Origin: Octopus bimaculoides
Lineage: Eukaryota
Assembly (NCBI RefSeq): GCF_001194135.2
Contig: NC_068985.1
Coordinates: 102,992,719-103,056,718 of the forward strand
Length of the DNA: 64,000 nucleotides
Direction: 5' to 3'
Position numbers and translations under genes: made by a program. Positions 38,918 through 53,386 of the stretch are shown here, piece by piece. Under the pieces are notes generated by a model. That model was not told where the DNA came from, searched no databases, and saw nothing but the letters and a program-made list of their open reading frames with translations. Each line of letters opens with the position of its first letter. Position 1 is the first letter of the stretch.

Positions 38918-40994
38918 ATCACACCTGCACGTGCAAGCATACACAAATATGTATACACACACACACACACACATATATACATATATGTTCATACGCACGC
39001 ACACACACGCACGCACACACGCACAAACACATACACACATATCTATATACGTATATGTATACTGACATACAAACATATTTATTTATTTGTGCATATATAT
39101 GTGTCTATATTACTGTGTGTGTATGTTTGTGCGCATGTATACGGATGTGTTTCTATGTGTTTCTATGTAACATTGCACAGCTATACATTAATAATCAAGC
39201 AAAGGTTGCCAACTTAATACGCAGATATGTTTTTTTAATAACGGGCTAATATTAATGACAGAGCAATGTGTGTGTGTATATATGTATATATGTATATATA
39301 TATATATATGTATTTATGCATGCATGTATGTATGTATGTATGTATGTATTTAAAATGCCTTCAGTTTCACTCTCCATCACGACTAAGTACTCTAATACAG
39401 TCGCCTTCGTGGTGCGTTCTTTCGAAACTGTCTTTCATTTCCCCTCAAGTAATAAAGACATACTCGAACAACCAAGAAGTGCTCTCATTGATTAGCTGTC
39501 ATTTAGTGTCACCCTCGGTTACTTCCCCATCTCTTCAACCGCATGTCTTTGAAAGATGGCGTTGAATTGCTAGATACCAACTTTACTTCTATTTTAGATT
39601 AATATGTAGGGGTTTGTGTATCTTTTCTGCAATTTCTAACTCAAGTCTCGATTTAGCCATTGGTGATTTTCCATTTAATAAAGGGCATTCATGTCAGTAA
39701 ATCTGGCTATAGACATAAGTCTGTATAGGTTTGAGTGATTAAATGTATGGGCATGCGTGCGATTATTTGTTTATGTGTGTACGTGACAGTGTGTGTTTGT
39801 GTGGGTATATGTGTATATGTGTGTGTAAGAGAGAAAGAGAGAGAGCTTGTGTGCTTCTATTCCTGTGTTTATACACACGAGTCTGTACCTTTCTATTTAT
39901 GCGGCTGTATTCCTTAATCTAAATTTGTGAATTTGATTTTATCAATGTGAATATAATCGTATGAATGTATTTTTGTCCACAGTCCTGTCCAGTTTTGTAT
40001 GGCCAAGCTGTAACATATCTATATGTGTAAATATGTGTGGGTATGTGAGCGTATGTGTCTACATGCGTGACTTAGTATGTATATTTATGTGTTCTCCTCT
40101 GTGCGTGTTAGCATGTTGGTGTGTGTGTCTATATAATATGTGTGTGTACGTATGTATGCATGTATGACTATATATATATATATATATATATATAAATATA
40201 TATATATATATTTAGAGAGAGAGAGAGAAAGAGTCATACATGCATACATATGTACATACATACATGCCGTACATACATACATGCCGTACATACACACATG
40301 CATATATGCATACAAATTAACGCTCGTATAATCTATAATCTTCATGCGAGATATATAATGAGATAGCTTCTTCTATCATTATGTTAAATTAGCTAAATCA
40401 GAGGGTTAGCAGAGTCATTAGGGCGCCGGTCAAATTGCTTTACCGTATTACATCCGCTTCTTTATGCTATGAGTTCAAATAACCTCGAAGTAAACTTCCT
40501 ATTCAATATTTCCTGAGTCGACAATATAAAGTACCAGTCGTGTACTAGGGTTGTTACAATCGACTGCTCTTCCTTTTTTTTTAATTCTTGTTTTTTTTTT
40601 CTACGAGAAATTATTAATTTAAATTGCCTATTAATTAATTTTATTTCGTGCACTTGGCTATGTTTGTAACTGTTTAAACGACAATCTGAAAAGCCTAGGA
40701 TTCGGCTGACATGAATGGAACTCTATGAATGGAATAGTTAAAATATCCAAGATTTTCCTAAAGCTTGGCATGTAGCAATTATTGCTCTCCAGATTCCAGT
40801 TATGGAGATTGGTTTTGTTTTTGTTGGTAACCAGCCCGCTCTAGGTAGAGTTCTAATAAGTAAAAAGAAATTAATATACATACATATATTCATACATATA
40901 TACAGACATATACATACATATTTTCAATCATACATTCATATTTATATACATATATACTTAGACATATTTATTTGAGCATACGTCTATACATAGA

Positions 40995-41030
<36 letters not shown>

Positions 41031-42035
41031 NNNNNNNNNNNNNNNNNNNNNNNNNNNNNNNNNNNNNNNNNNNNNNNNNNNNNNNNNNNNNNNNNNNNNN
41101 NNNNNNNNNNNNNNNNNNNNNNNNNNNNNNNNNNNNNNNNNNNNNNNNNNNNNNNNNNNNNNNNNNNNNNNNNNNNNNNNNNNNNNNNNNNNNNNNNNNN
41201 NNNNNNNNNNNNNNNNNNNNNNNNNNNNNNNNNNNNNNNNNNNNNNNNNNNNNNNNNNNNNNNNNNNNNNNNNNNNNNNNNNNNNNNNNNNNNNNNNNNN
41301 NNNNNNNNNNNNNNNNNNNNNNNNNNNNNNNNNNNNNNNNNNNNNNNNNNNNNNNNNNNNNNNNNNNNNNNNNNNNNNNNNNNNNNNNNNNNTATATATA
41401 TATATATATATATATATATGCATATACACGTATACATATTCGAGAGTGCCTGTAAAAAAAAGGGATCGTTTGACCTGCTAGAATAAGCAGTGAATAATCT
41501 TTCAAGCCACATCCTACTTTTTAAAACGAAACACATTGAATAGAGTAAGTTACCTGAGTCTGAAACTTCGACGAGGTGGTCATATGTGAAACGTCTGTGG
41601 GCTTAGGTTTGCTTAATCATAATCAACTTGGTATAATATCGTACTTAAAAATATATATACAAGAGAGTTTCAGAATATAATATTCGACGTTAATGTCAAG
41701 CTGAATATAAAGTTTTGAAAAGTGTTCCATTCTGTTATTGTGACTGTGTCAATGACAGAGCAGAAATGAATGATAGAAGAACCATAGACTTCTTATTAAC
41801 CCTTCTAGTGTTTATGTATCATGCACTATTTTGGAAGAAACACAAATTTTGCATAGCCTTAGGTCTTTTACTCCTACATGATAGAATTCCTGTTGTCATA
41901 AAATCGTTAGAAAATCAACAAAGTGAAAATCTATAGGGACATAAAAGCACACCATCAATTTTACTGGCTACAGAATAGGTTTTTCTTTTTTTCGCTTTTG
42001 TTTTTGGCACTGTTTTCATGTGTGTCTGTGTGTTT

Positions 42036-42086
<51 letters not shown>

Positions 42087-42270
42087 TGTCATTGTTGTTA
42101 TATTCTTCTTTCAACGAAGTGTTACAACATCGGCTTTGAAAACAACATATAACTGATGGTTTTTTAAAAAACAAAAATAAAAGGAAAAACAAATAATAAT
42201 AACAATAGGAAAAATTTAATTTACTGGATCTGACTTCTCCCTCCCACTTACTCTCTCTCTCTCTCTCTCA

Positions 42271-42318
<48 letters not shown>

Positions 42319-42860
42319 NNNNNNNNNNNNNNNNNNNNNNNNNNNNNNNNNNNNNNNNNNNNNNNNNNNNNNNNNNNNNNNNNNNNNNNNNNNNNNNNNN
42401 NNNNNNNNNNNNNNNNNNNNNNNNNNNNNNNNNNNNNNNNNNNNNNNNNNNNNNNNNNNNNNNNNNNNNNNNNNNNNNNNNNNNNNNNNNNNNNNNNNNN
42501 NNNNNNNNNNNNNNNNNNNNNNNNNNNNNNNNNNNNNNNNNNNNNNNNNNNNNNNNNNNNNNNNNNNNNNNNNNNNNNNNNNNNNNNNNNNNNNNNNNNN
42601 NNNNNNNNNNNNNNNNNNNNNNNNNNNNNNNNNNNNNNNNNNNNNNNNNNNNNNNNNNNNNNNNNNNNNNNNNNNNNNNNNNNNNNNNNNNNNNNNNNNN
42701 NNNNNNNNNNNNNNNNNNNNNNNNNNNNNNNNNNNNNNNNNNNNNNNGAGATACACGTACATACAAATATACAAATATGTTCGCGGTATGACATGTGTAA
42801 GAGCGCTATGTGCGTCAGGGCGTATACGTATGCGGGCGCGTGTGTCTGTGTGTATGTGAC

Positions 42861-42897
<37 letters not shown>

Positions 42898-43395
42898 CAA
42901 TATCTGTAACAAAACTTGTACTTTATATGTTTATTATTACATATGTTTAAGTATTCCTGTTCCGAAAGTTGGAGATTGTTTATACACTTCCGGTGAATCA
43001 TGACAGCAACCTGTTCTCGATTCCCGCTTCGAATATCTTCCACTTTCATCCCTCCAAAGCTCTTATGAATTTTCTCCCTTTTAGAAACCTTTTAAAATTA
43101 TCTGGCTTCTTCTCAGGAGAATTTTTCTCGATCAATACTTAAAAACACTGGGCTGGATTTCGTTTGTCGATTTAACACATGAAACACTACAGAAAATTAT
43201 ACTCATTTCTGATATCCAAACTCTTAGTAAATTTTCTGGGAATATGTATATGCGTGCCAGAAATATGTTTGTATGTGGTTTAGTGTTTGGTTCTTAATAC
43301 ACCTGTGTGTATGCGCGCGCCTATATATATATATATACTCGCATACTCATATATGTGCATGAGTGTGAGTGTGTGAGTGAGTGTGTGTGTGTGCT

Positions 43396-43436
<41 letters not shown>

Positions 43437-43585
43437 GTGTGCGTATGCATTTATATGTCTTTTCTCAATTAGTAATCTCTCTAGAAGGATGTAGATGCTT
43501 CTAACAAAAGAATTTCCATCACTGGAATTTGGATAAAAACAACTACAATTATCACATATCAAATTTTAAGAAGATCATGCATATA

Positions 43586-44041
43586 CAATAATGCCTCAGT
43601 ATACGAGTCAATTTATTCCCGGAGATCGCTCGTAAAGTGAAAACTCGTAAAGCAGAGCCATAATTTCCCATAGTAGTAATGTTATCGTATTTCGTTCCCA
43701 GAAAAATATTTTACCTGTAAAATTTATAGTACTTGTAAATAAATGGCAATAAAACAACAGTAGAATGGAAAGAATATTTTATGTAAAGTAAAAAGAATGT
43801 CATGATCATTTATAATAGAAGATATTATTATTATACTCTTTTGCTCTCCTACTTGTTTCAGTCATTTGATTGCGGCCATGCTGGAGCACCGCCTTTAGTC
43901 GAACAAATCGACCCCAGGACTTATTCTTTGTAAGCCTAGTACTTATTCTATCGGTCTCTTTTGCCGAACCGCTAAGTTACGGGGACGTAAACACACCAGC
44001 ATCGGTTGTCAAGCGATGTTGGGGGGACAAACACAGACACA

Positions 44042-44134
<93 letters not shown>

Positions 44135-44587
44135 TCGACGGGCTTCTTTCAGTTTCCATCAACCAAATCCACTCACAAGGCTTTGGTCGGCCCGAGGCTA
44201 TAGTAGAAGACACTTGCCCAAGGGGCCACGCAGTGGGACTGAACCCGGAGCCATGTTGTTGGTGAGCAAGCTACTTACCACACAGCCACTGAATCACTTT
44301 CACTCGTACTCGACTCGCGCACACCATCACTTGTAGACGCGATCACCGATTAACAAGCACTCGAAGATGGACCTGTAGATTTCTTTTTAAAAAACGAATC
44401 TAGAGTTGTTTGTTTAGAAGAAGCGTTTTTTCTGCTCCCTATAAATTTCTCGGTAACACACAGAAGCATTTGTTATGGTAATAGAAACTTCTACACTTCG
44501 TTCAAAATTTGGATCTTGTGCTAGAAAAATAAAACTCGTAAATCCGGATTCCCGTAAAGCGGGTGCTCGTAAAGTGAGGTAATACGG
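43586..44587. mobile_element. Tigger/pogo-like MITE with TA TSD, containing a SINE-A
   Basis: TA|caataatgcctcagtatacgag ... ctcgtaaagtgaggtaatacgg|TA (18 of 24 positions complementary including TA); repeated ctcgtaaag subterminal motifs. Confidence 0.7.
43836..44290 (-). mobile_element. Full-length SINE-A with an expanded internal (CA)n(TA)n
   Basis: Both ends visible; microsatellite at about 44040-44135. Confidence 0.9.
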
Positions 44588-45535
44588 TATTTTATTTCAT
44601 TTACAGATTGTATCTGCAAATTTTGTGTTGGTCGTCCTTTTTCTTTCTTCGAAAATCATAGCCTTTCTAGATATGGTATGAGCATTTACTAACGTAACCG
44701 AGTGCACCACTGATCGTTCGACATAAATACAAATCTTTAATCAAAATAGGTTCGAAGCGGTTGTCCACAGATAGTCTCCTCAATGATTTTGGAAGTGATT
44801 TTCGCATCTGCAGGTCAACTAATCTGTACACGATTGGATACATGCATTCAGACACACAGACATAGACAGACACACAACACACACACACACACACACATGC
44901 TAGATCACGTGCTGGCTTAATACGTCATGCTCGTCTCCATATTGCTTTTTGGTGGCCTGAGGACTCACATAAGGAGTCACCAGGTGAAGTGAATGGATTG
45001 TAAACATCGGCGAACGGTAGCAATAGTAATGTGAGTGTGTTGTTGATTGTCTATTTGATTAGATTCTTTTTTTTTTTTTTTCGTTTTGTCTTCTCACTAA
45101 ACACACAAAGGTCATCTTCGACGGCAGAGTCCGTCAAATATATATATACACTCCAAAATATATATATGTATATATGAACAGTTGATTACTGCTTTGTTGG
45201 ATTGTACGTGTATAACTATGCATATGTGTGCTTGTCTTCGTATGTTTTTTTGTATTTATGCGTCTATCCTCACTGCAATGCAACAGTTATATATTTTTCG
45301 ATACTGCTTCCCTCGGTTACCATTTATCAATTATTTCTTCCTTTTCAGTTTGTTTCTTTCGTTTAGTTGAACACCAATGGCCTCTTCCAATGACTTTCGC
45401 ATTGGCATCCCACCCTATCTGTCATCGTTATGTGACACTTTCATAGAGTTATTTAATCTGAGGATATCATATGTTGCCTTCTTACCTATCATAATCCTCA
45501 ACTGGTTGAATATGTAACCTATTCTATTATCATAT

Positions 45536-45581
<46 letters not shown>

Positions 45582-45683
45582 CAGACAGAGACAGATTGAA
45601 AGAGAAGCGACAGGCAGAAGAGGAACAGACAAACAGACAACTAGCTAGCTAGTTTAGATAGATAGATAGATAGATAGATAGAG

Positions 45684-45786
<103 letters not shown>

Positions 45787-46144
45787 CGGACAGAAATACA
45801 GACAGACAGATTGATAGATAGACAGACAGACGGAAGACAGACAGACAGACAGACACACACACACACGCACACACACACACAAACAGACACATACATTCAT
45901 ACATACATGCATACATACATACATACATTGACAGACAGACAGAATTTAAATAACTGCATTTCCCACCTGAAGTACTCTCTTTTCTCCTCGTTTACAGTCT
46001 TCACTTACGTGTACGTGCGCGCACGCACGCACACGCACACGCACATACGTACACCCACATATACACGCGTGTGTTTGTATGCGGTTGAACGTTAAAAGGA
46101 AGACAAGGCAAACGATACATAGATTCTGAGATGAAAAGTTGTTG

Positions 46145-46193
<49 letters not shown>

Positions 46194-46707
46194 CTCATCA
46201 CCATCATCATCACCATCATCATCTTTCGAACTGTGAATATTGTCGATGAAAGAAGACATATAATAGCAAGAAAGTGATAGAAGGGAAATCGGACGACAGC
46301 TCCATTAGTGAAGATAAGTTAGGAATTCGTGCAAGTGTGTTTCTTTTATTCGCCGACGCCATTACAGAGCAGAAAGAAGAAAGAGAAAATACAAAATGGT
46401 AGGAGAAGGAAAAAGGACAGGGGAAAAAGAAAGGTAATGAAACTGATGGAGGTGTAGCAGAGATGGGAGAGGAAAAGACGTTAAGAACGAGTAGAGGAAA
46501 AGAAAGGGAAAATTAGTAGTAAGGGTCAGAAAAGAGAGAAAAATGGAGGATGGAGACAGATGGAGAAAATACGAACGGGTAGGACAAGATAGACAAGAAT
46601 TAGAGAGAGAGAATATATATGTGTCTGCGTGCGTGCGCATGCGTGTGATGTGTGAGTGCGCGTTTGTGCTTGTGCATGTATTAATACATGTGTGTTTGTA
46701 TGTGTAT

Positions 46708-46760
<53 letters not shown>

Positions 46761-46771
46761 TAGACAGACAG

Positions 46772-46808
<37 letters not shown>

Positions 46809-47807
46809 CAGAGATTAAAAACGGATATAGATACAATTTTATACACATATTTATATATATATAACATATACATAACANNNNNNNNNNTATATGTGTGTGT
46901 ATATGTATATATATATAGTTATGTATGAATATATGCATGTATATATCTATCTATATATATATAAATATATATGTATGTATATATATTACATATATATATG
47001 TATATATATATATATATATTACATATTATATATATTTATATGTATATATATATATATATTATACATATATATATAAACATACATATATATATATGCACGT
47101 ATGTATGTATGTGTGTGTATGCATGTATATGAGGAGAGAAGTGGATGGAGAGTTGGGAGAAATAAAAAGAGAAAGAAAACAGAGGGATTGAATGAATAAA
47201 AGAATGTAAGCAAAGGAGTGAAATTTGGTGAGAAATAAGTAGAAATTGTAAATTTTAAAGCTGTTAGAGAAAGAAGAAACTGGAGCGAAAGTAAAGTAAT
47301 GGAGAATGTAAGAAAGAACATTGTGTAAGAATGAGTGAGGTTCGGGGTTCGAGAGGAAAAGTAGAAGAAAAAGTAAGAGAATAATGATGGGGGGAGGGTT
47401 GGAAATGGCAAAACAGAGCAGAAGTATCGATGACGCAGACATTATCATAAGTAACATTACAGTCTTCTTTCAGAGGAAAGAAACCATTTGCAAGACTTTT
47501 TGATATCAAGTAAAGTGAAGTTTATATTTCTTTGCTACCGTTGCCGAAGATACATTCGTTATCATGTACTTAGTGATGTACTTCGTCAATGATGTCATCA
47601 ATGCTACCATCGTTGTCCTCTTTTACATGTTAATCATCATCGCAGTCAGTATAACGTTTATAACCTTAATATATAAAGCAGTAAGTCAAGTGTCAAGTAT
47701 TTTTGTGGGTTCGTTTCTCTTTTTTCTGTCATAGTGAAAGGAGAAAACCGTAGCTATGTAGAAAAAGGTGGAAGAAAGGGAAAGTATTATAAAGTGTTGT
47801 AGATAAG

Positions 47808-48402
47808 ACGGCGAGCTGGCAGAAACGTTAACACCCCGGGCGAAATGCTCAGCGGCATTTCACCCGTCGCTACGTTCTGAGTTCAAATTCCGCCGAGGTC
47901 GACTTTGCCTTTCATCCTTTCGGAGTCGATAAATTAAGTACCAGTTACGCACCTGGGTCGATGTAATCGACTTAATCCCTTTGTCTGTCCTTGTTTGCCC
48001 CCTCTATGTTTAGCCCCTTCTGGGCAATAAAGAAATAAGAAACACGACGGGCGAAATGCTTAGCGGTATTTTGTCTGTCTTTATGTTCTGAGTTCAAATT
48101 CCGCCGAGGTCGACATTGCCTTTCATCCTCTCAGGGTCGATTAAATAAGTACCAGTTACGCTGGGTTCGATATAATCGACTTAATCCGTTTGTCTGTCCT
48201 TGTTTGTCCCCTCTGTGTGTAGCCCCTTGTGGGCAGTAAAGAAATAAGAATCGTTAACACGTCTACCAAATCCACTCACAAGGCTTTGGTCGGCCCGAGG
48301 CTATAGCAGAAGACACTTGCCCAAGGTGCCACGCAGTGGGAATGAACCCGGATCCATGTGGTTGGTAAGCAAGCTACATACCACACAGCCATTCCTGCGC
48401 CT
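47808..48402. mobile_element. Head-to-tail SINE-B dimer (+, 47808-48260) abutting a SINE-A 5' fragment (-, 48261-48402)
   Basis: Two bodies each end in aaagaaataagaa and are followed by the start of a new body. Confidence 0.85.
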
Positions 48403-49564
48403 AACATGTCTTACCAAACGTGTCTTAAATATAATGCAACAACTTCATGCAGGAAATTTTTTTTTCCGTGTCTAAGGCATTACTTTTATACATTTTGGTT
48501 AGACAGCACAGAAACTGCCAAATGAGAAAATCCCACGAAAAACAAGACAGCAAATTGTTCAGAATTTCGGAATCCCCTACATTTAAACTACACTTAACAA
48601 ACAACAAACGACGGATATCGCGAGATGAAAAAAGATGTAAAAGCTTTGATCTTATTTTTAACTATATCAATGTTCTTTTCTCTTCGTCTTGCTGTGGTTG
48701 TTGTTGTTGTTGTTGTTGTGGTGGTGGTGGTGGTGGATATCTGCCGGTCATTTGCGATCGAGTAAAAGCTACAGGCTAAGGCCGTGACAGTCTCGTCTTT
48801 TTGTATGTCAAGTACTAAACCGTTCAACGTATCCTTCTTTATATAAGTCGGTAGGACGTATTTTGAAGGATTCTTTGAACTGCTTTGTCTTATAGATAAA
48901 ACAGCAGCGTGCGTAGATGTTTCCTCGTTGGCTCCGAGTAGAATATCTGTTTTGTAAAGAAGACATTACATTCGATGAAATCGTCAGTAGCATATTACTT
49001 ACAATCATGTAATCTATAAGATATTGTAAGAAACAACAATAAGAATAATTGGGGTTGCTTTGTAGCAGAAGAGAAATAATATCATATTTAATTCTTTTCT
49101 GCAAATAAAATTACCATTCTTATTATTGTTGTTGTTGATGCGAATTATATTTCAGTTGTCAGCGTTGTTGTGTTTCCTATCTTTGCAAAATAATGATAGA
49201 CAGCCAAAATACTGCTGAAAATGTGATCTTGATATTTGGTTAATCTAAATTATCAATAACAAGGAAGGAAATGGTAGGATACCATGTCGAGAAATTGTAT
49301 GGCTAATTTACGGATAAATCCTATCATCATGTTATTTAAATATCACTGTACTGCCATATGTACTAGTGTGGTACTACATATATACGTCTGTGTATACACA
49401 TATACACACACATGTGTGTAGTGATGGATGGATGGATGGGTTAGCGTTCATACATGCAACTCCGACCCTTGTGGGAAACTGCATGGAAACTCGTGGTGTA
49501 TGTATGTATGCATGTATGTATATATGTATGTATAAGTTTATGTATATGTGTGTGTGTATGTGTG

Positions 49565-49608
<44 letters not shown>

Positions 49609-50639
49609 NNNNNNNNNNNNNNNNNNNNNNNNNNNNNNNNNNNNNNNNNNNNNNNNNNNNNNNNNNNNNNNNNNNNNNNNNNNNNNNNNNNNNNNNNNNN
49701 NNNNNNNNNNNNNNNNNNNNNNNNNNNNNNNNNNNNNNNNNNNNNNNNNNNNNNNNNNNNNNNNNNNNNNNNNNNNNNNNNNNNNNNNNNNNNNNNNNNN
49801 NNNNNNNNNNNNNNNNNNNNNNNNNNNNNNNNTATATATATATATATATATATATATATGCATTTGTCGGAGTTTTTCGCACCCCCTACGCTTGACAATC
49901 GGTGTTGGTGTGTGTACGTCCCCGTAACTTAACGGTTTGGCCAAAGAATCCGATAGAATAAGCACCAAACTTTCAACAATAATAAATACTGGGATAGATT
50001 TGGGGTAGACTGCATGGCCGCAGTCCAGTTATTGAAGCAAGTAAAACATAAACGATATATGTACATCGCACACACATACATTACATCCATCATGCACACG
50101 CATACATGCATACATACATACATACATACATACATACATACATACATACATACATACATACATACACAGGCTAAGAGAATGGAAAGAGAGAGAGGATGAG
50201 AAAGTGGTGTGTTAGAATACAATACGAACAGAGAGATCATATTCTCTGCAAACATGTCGACAATCTTTCTCTCAATTCCTTGTTTCTCTTTAATTTTCCT
50301 TTGGAAATGTCGATTCGTATTAACGTTGCAACACTTGATTTTTCCTTCACTAGCAGCTCTCTCTGTGTGTAGCTTCCATGTTCCAGCAACCTGTCAGTCA
50401 GTGGCTGAGACAACGTTGCTAAACAGGTTGTGGAGAAGCATTGAAAGCTAACAGGAAAAAGGAAAGATATGTTTGGAGGGATTTCTGATGTCAACTGGAT
50501 TGACTGCCTACTTTCTGAATATTTATTTATTTAACTATTCATTTAATATTTTTAGTCTTCAATGTCGCTCAGTTTATTTCTAAATAATAATTTTATCTGA
50601 TTTAAGCACATTTCCAACAATTTTGAGGAGAGAGAAGTT

Positions 50640-51325
50640 AATCGATTACATCGATTCCATTGTTTCATTGCTGTTTTGTTTTATAGATCAGGGTGAGACA
50701 AAGGATAAAATCGTCCTTATCGGGATTTGAACTCAAATTCCTGCAAAGAGCAAGAATAAGTGCCATGCAAAGCGTCTAAAATCTGGGGTATGAGTTAATC
50801 AATGCCGTTCAAAACTATGACTTGGCTTGTACTTTATTTTATCGACCCTGGAACAGATACTGCAAAAGATTTTATCCGACGCACTAATGATACCGCCTAT
50901 CTTAATTCTTTCTAACTTTGACACAAGGCCAGCAACTTAGAGGGGAGGAGCACATCTGTTACATCGACTCCAGTACTTGATTGGTACTTATTTTATCGAC
51001 CCCAAAAGGGTGGAAGGCAAAGCTGACCTCAACGGAATTTGAACTCGTAGCGTAAAAACCGGAAGAAATGTTTTTTTTTTCAGACGCGTTAGAAACTTTA
51101 CCAGCTCGCTGCCCTTAATAATAATCCTTTCTACCATAGGAACAAGGCCTGAAATTTTGAGGGATGGGATTAATCGATTATAGCAACCCCAGTGTTCGAC
51201 TGGTACTTAATTTATTGACCCCGAAAGGATGAAAGGCAAAGTCGACCTCGGTGGAATAAAGACGGACGAAATGCCTCAATGCATTTAGCCCGTCTTAACG
51301 ATTCTGCCAGCTCACCGCCTGACTT

Positions 51326-51327
<2 letters not shown>
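50640..51327 (-). mobile_element. Cluster of three diverged SINE-B copies
   Basis: Repeated ggtactta(t)tttatcgaccc...gaaaggcaaag motifs. Confidence 0.7.
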
Positions 51328-51418
<91 letters not shown>

Positions 51419-51419
51419 T

Positions 51420-51515
51420 CTAACTTGTTGTCTCTTGAGGTCTCTGGGTGAGACTTGGATCCAACTTGTACAAATGCAAAACAAAAGTCAAACATAAAAT
51501 AATAATAATAATAGT
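51420..51515 (+). mobile_element. Very short 3' tail of a non-LTR element within (AAT)n
   Basis: ggtctctgggtgagacttggatccaacttgtacaaatgcaaaacaaaagtcaaacat followed by (aat)n; partly resembles the 3' region of the element at 57330-57960. Confidence 0.4.
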
Positions 51516-53386
51516 GAAGATTCCATTTTATTAAAAAAGCACCAGAACACAAATATTAGAGTACCATACAGTATCCTCGACAATATTTATGCGAAATACA
51601 TTCATACAGGGTTCAGTCCTACTATGTGGCACCTTGGGTAAGTGTCTTCGACTATGACCTCGGGCAGAATAAGGCCTTGTGACAGAGAAAGAAATAGAAA
51701 GGCGACTTTACGTGCAAATCCATGTTTGATAAACTGAGTTGCCTACTCGTTAAAATTTAATGCAAGTGGTTAAGTATTCTAAGAACACTCGTCTCCTTAA
51801 CGTCATGCACAGCTAGAATCGACAGAGTCAGCAGAACTGTCTACTCAGATTCACTCACAAGGTTTGAGGTCGACTCTGGTTTGTAATAAAAGAGCTTTGC
51901 CCAAGGAGCCGAGTAGTGGGATCAAACTCAAAACCTGGTGATTGCGATGGAAACTTTTTAACCGTTGAGCTTACTCGCATACATAACACACCACACGCAC
52001 ACAGAATACATACATACAGACACGCTGCATTCGTGTATGCGTTCTTGTGTAAAACGGGAGCACATAACATACCTATTTTCTGCTCACTGCAATGCTTTGT
52101 TACAAGATTAGTTTGATATTATATCCAATTTCATCACCCTCTCATCACTATCACAGCCATCTTCCCACCACTACATTATGTGGGTTTCGTGTTTATTCTC
52201 TCTTTATGACATACACATACACACCTGCACACCACAAGCCATTGCTATCACCATCATCATTATTTCAACCACACCTATACAATTTCGTATCCTTTCCTCT
52301 CAAACAGGATGCTGGTAAATTATATTGTTTCCGGTGAATTAAATGGTTTTTATTTGTTAGTGGCCGGTTGAGGAGAAAGAAAGGTGTAGCAGCACCTCTG
52401 AGCTGCTGCACAATACTGGTTCCTAGTTAACTCCGAAACTAATTTTGCTGCACAGGAAGAGAATAAAGCGGAAGTAGAATTCGTTTCAAAGGGAGATTTC
52501 ATTAAATTATCAAACAACGTAGTTCCGAATATCTACCTGCATGAATCCATGTAAATCTATACAAATGATAATGTGGCTGTATATATGAATATAATTTCAT
52601 ACATATATACAGATATATACATCCTTACTTTTAGGGGTATCTAAAACTACACTACCAAATATACTTCTCTCTTGTAGGTTGATCGACTTTATAGTGGCTT
52701 TGTTAGTTCGATCCGAGTTTTGTTGAATATTGAGATGTTTACGAAAGAAGACGAGAATGATAAAATTCTACTTTGACGTTATTTTATTACCTTCCTTTTG
52801 GCAAGACAAAAAGCTTCCCGATTATTGAGTAAATTTAATGTTCGAGGTTCATGCCTTTCCTAAATGTATCAATTGCCTAATATAAACTGGCTACAACTGA
52901 AAATTAGAAACAAGAGAAAGGGTAAAAAGAGGAAGAGATAAAGTAGCGATGAATCGAATTAACAGAAACAATGGATTACTTGCGAATTGTCTACGGTTCG
53001 TGTCCTTTCATGAAGCATTGCCGTATCCATGACGAATACTATTTATTATCTTTCAATGTTTCTGACTCCTGCCTGGAAATAGGCACACTGAATATATCAC
53101 TTGTTACTGTAAATAAATGAGATTACTGTATAAAGGTGAGATTTGCGTTGCTATGAACTTGGTCTTTGATACAAAGTGCTTACATCCCATACACATTTGT
53201 GCCATTAAATCTATCATAATCGCACCTAAAGAGAAAATTTATTTGCTATCTTCGAACCCATTCCTCCCGACACCTACAATTATTATTTTTTTTTTTTTTT
53301 AGAGTAATTATAGCCACCATTTCCCCTATCCGAAATTATATATTTCAGCTTTTATAATTTAATCTTCTCTTTGTTTCTTTGCACAG

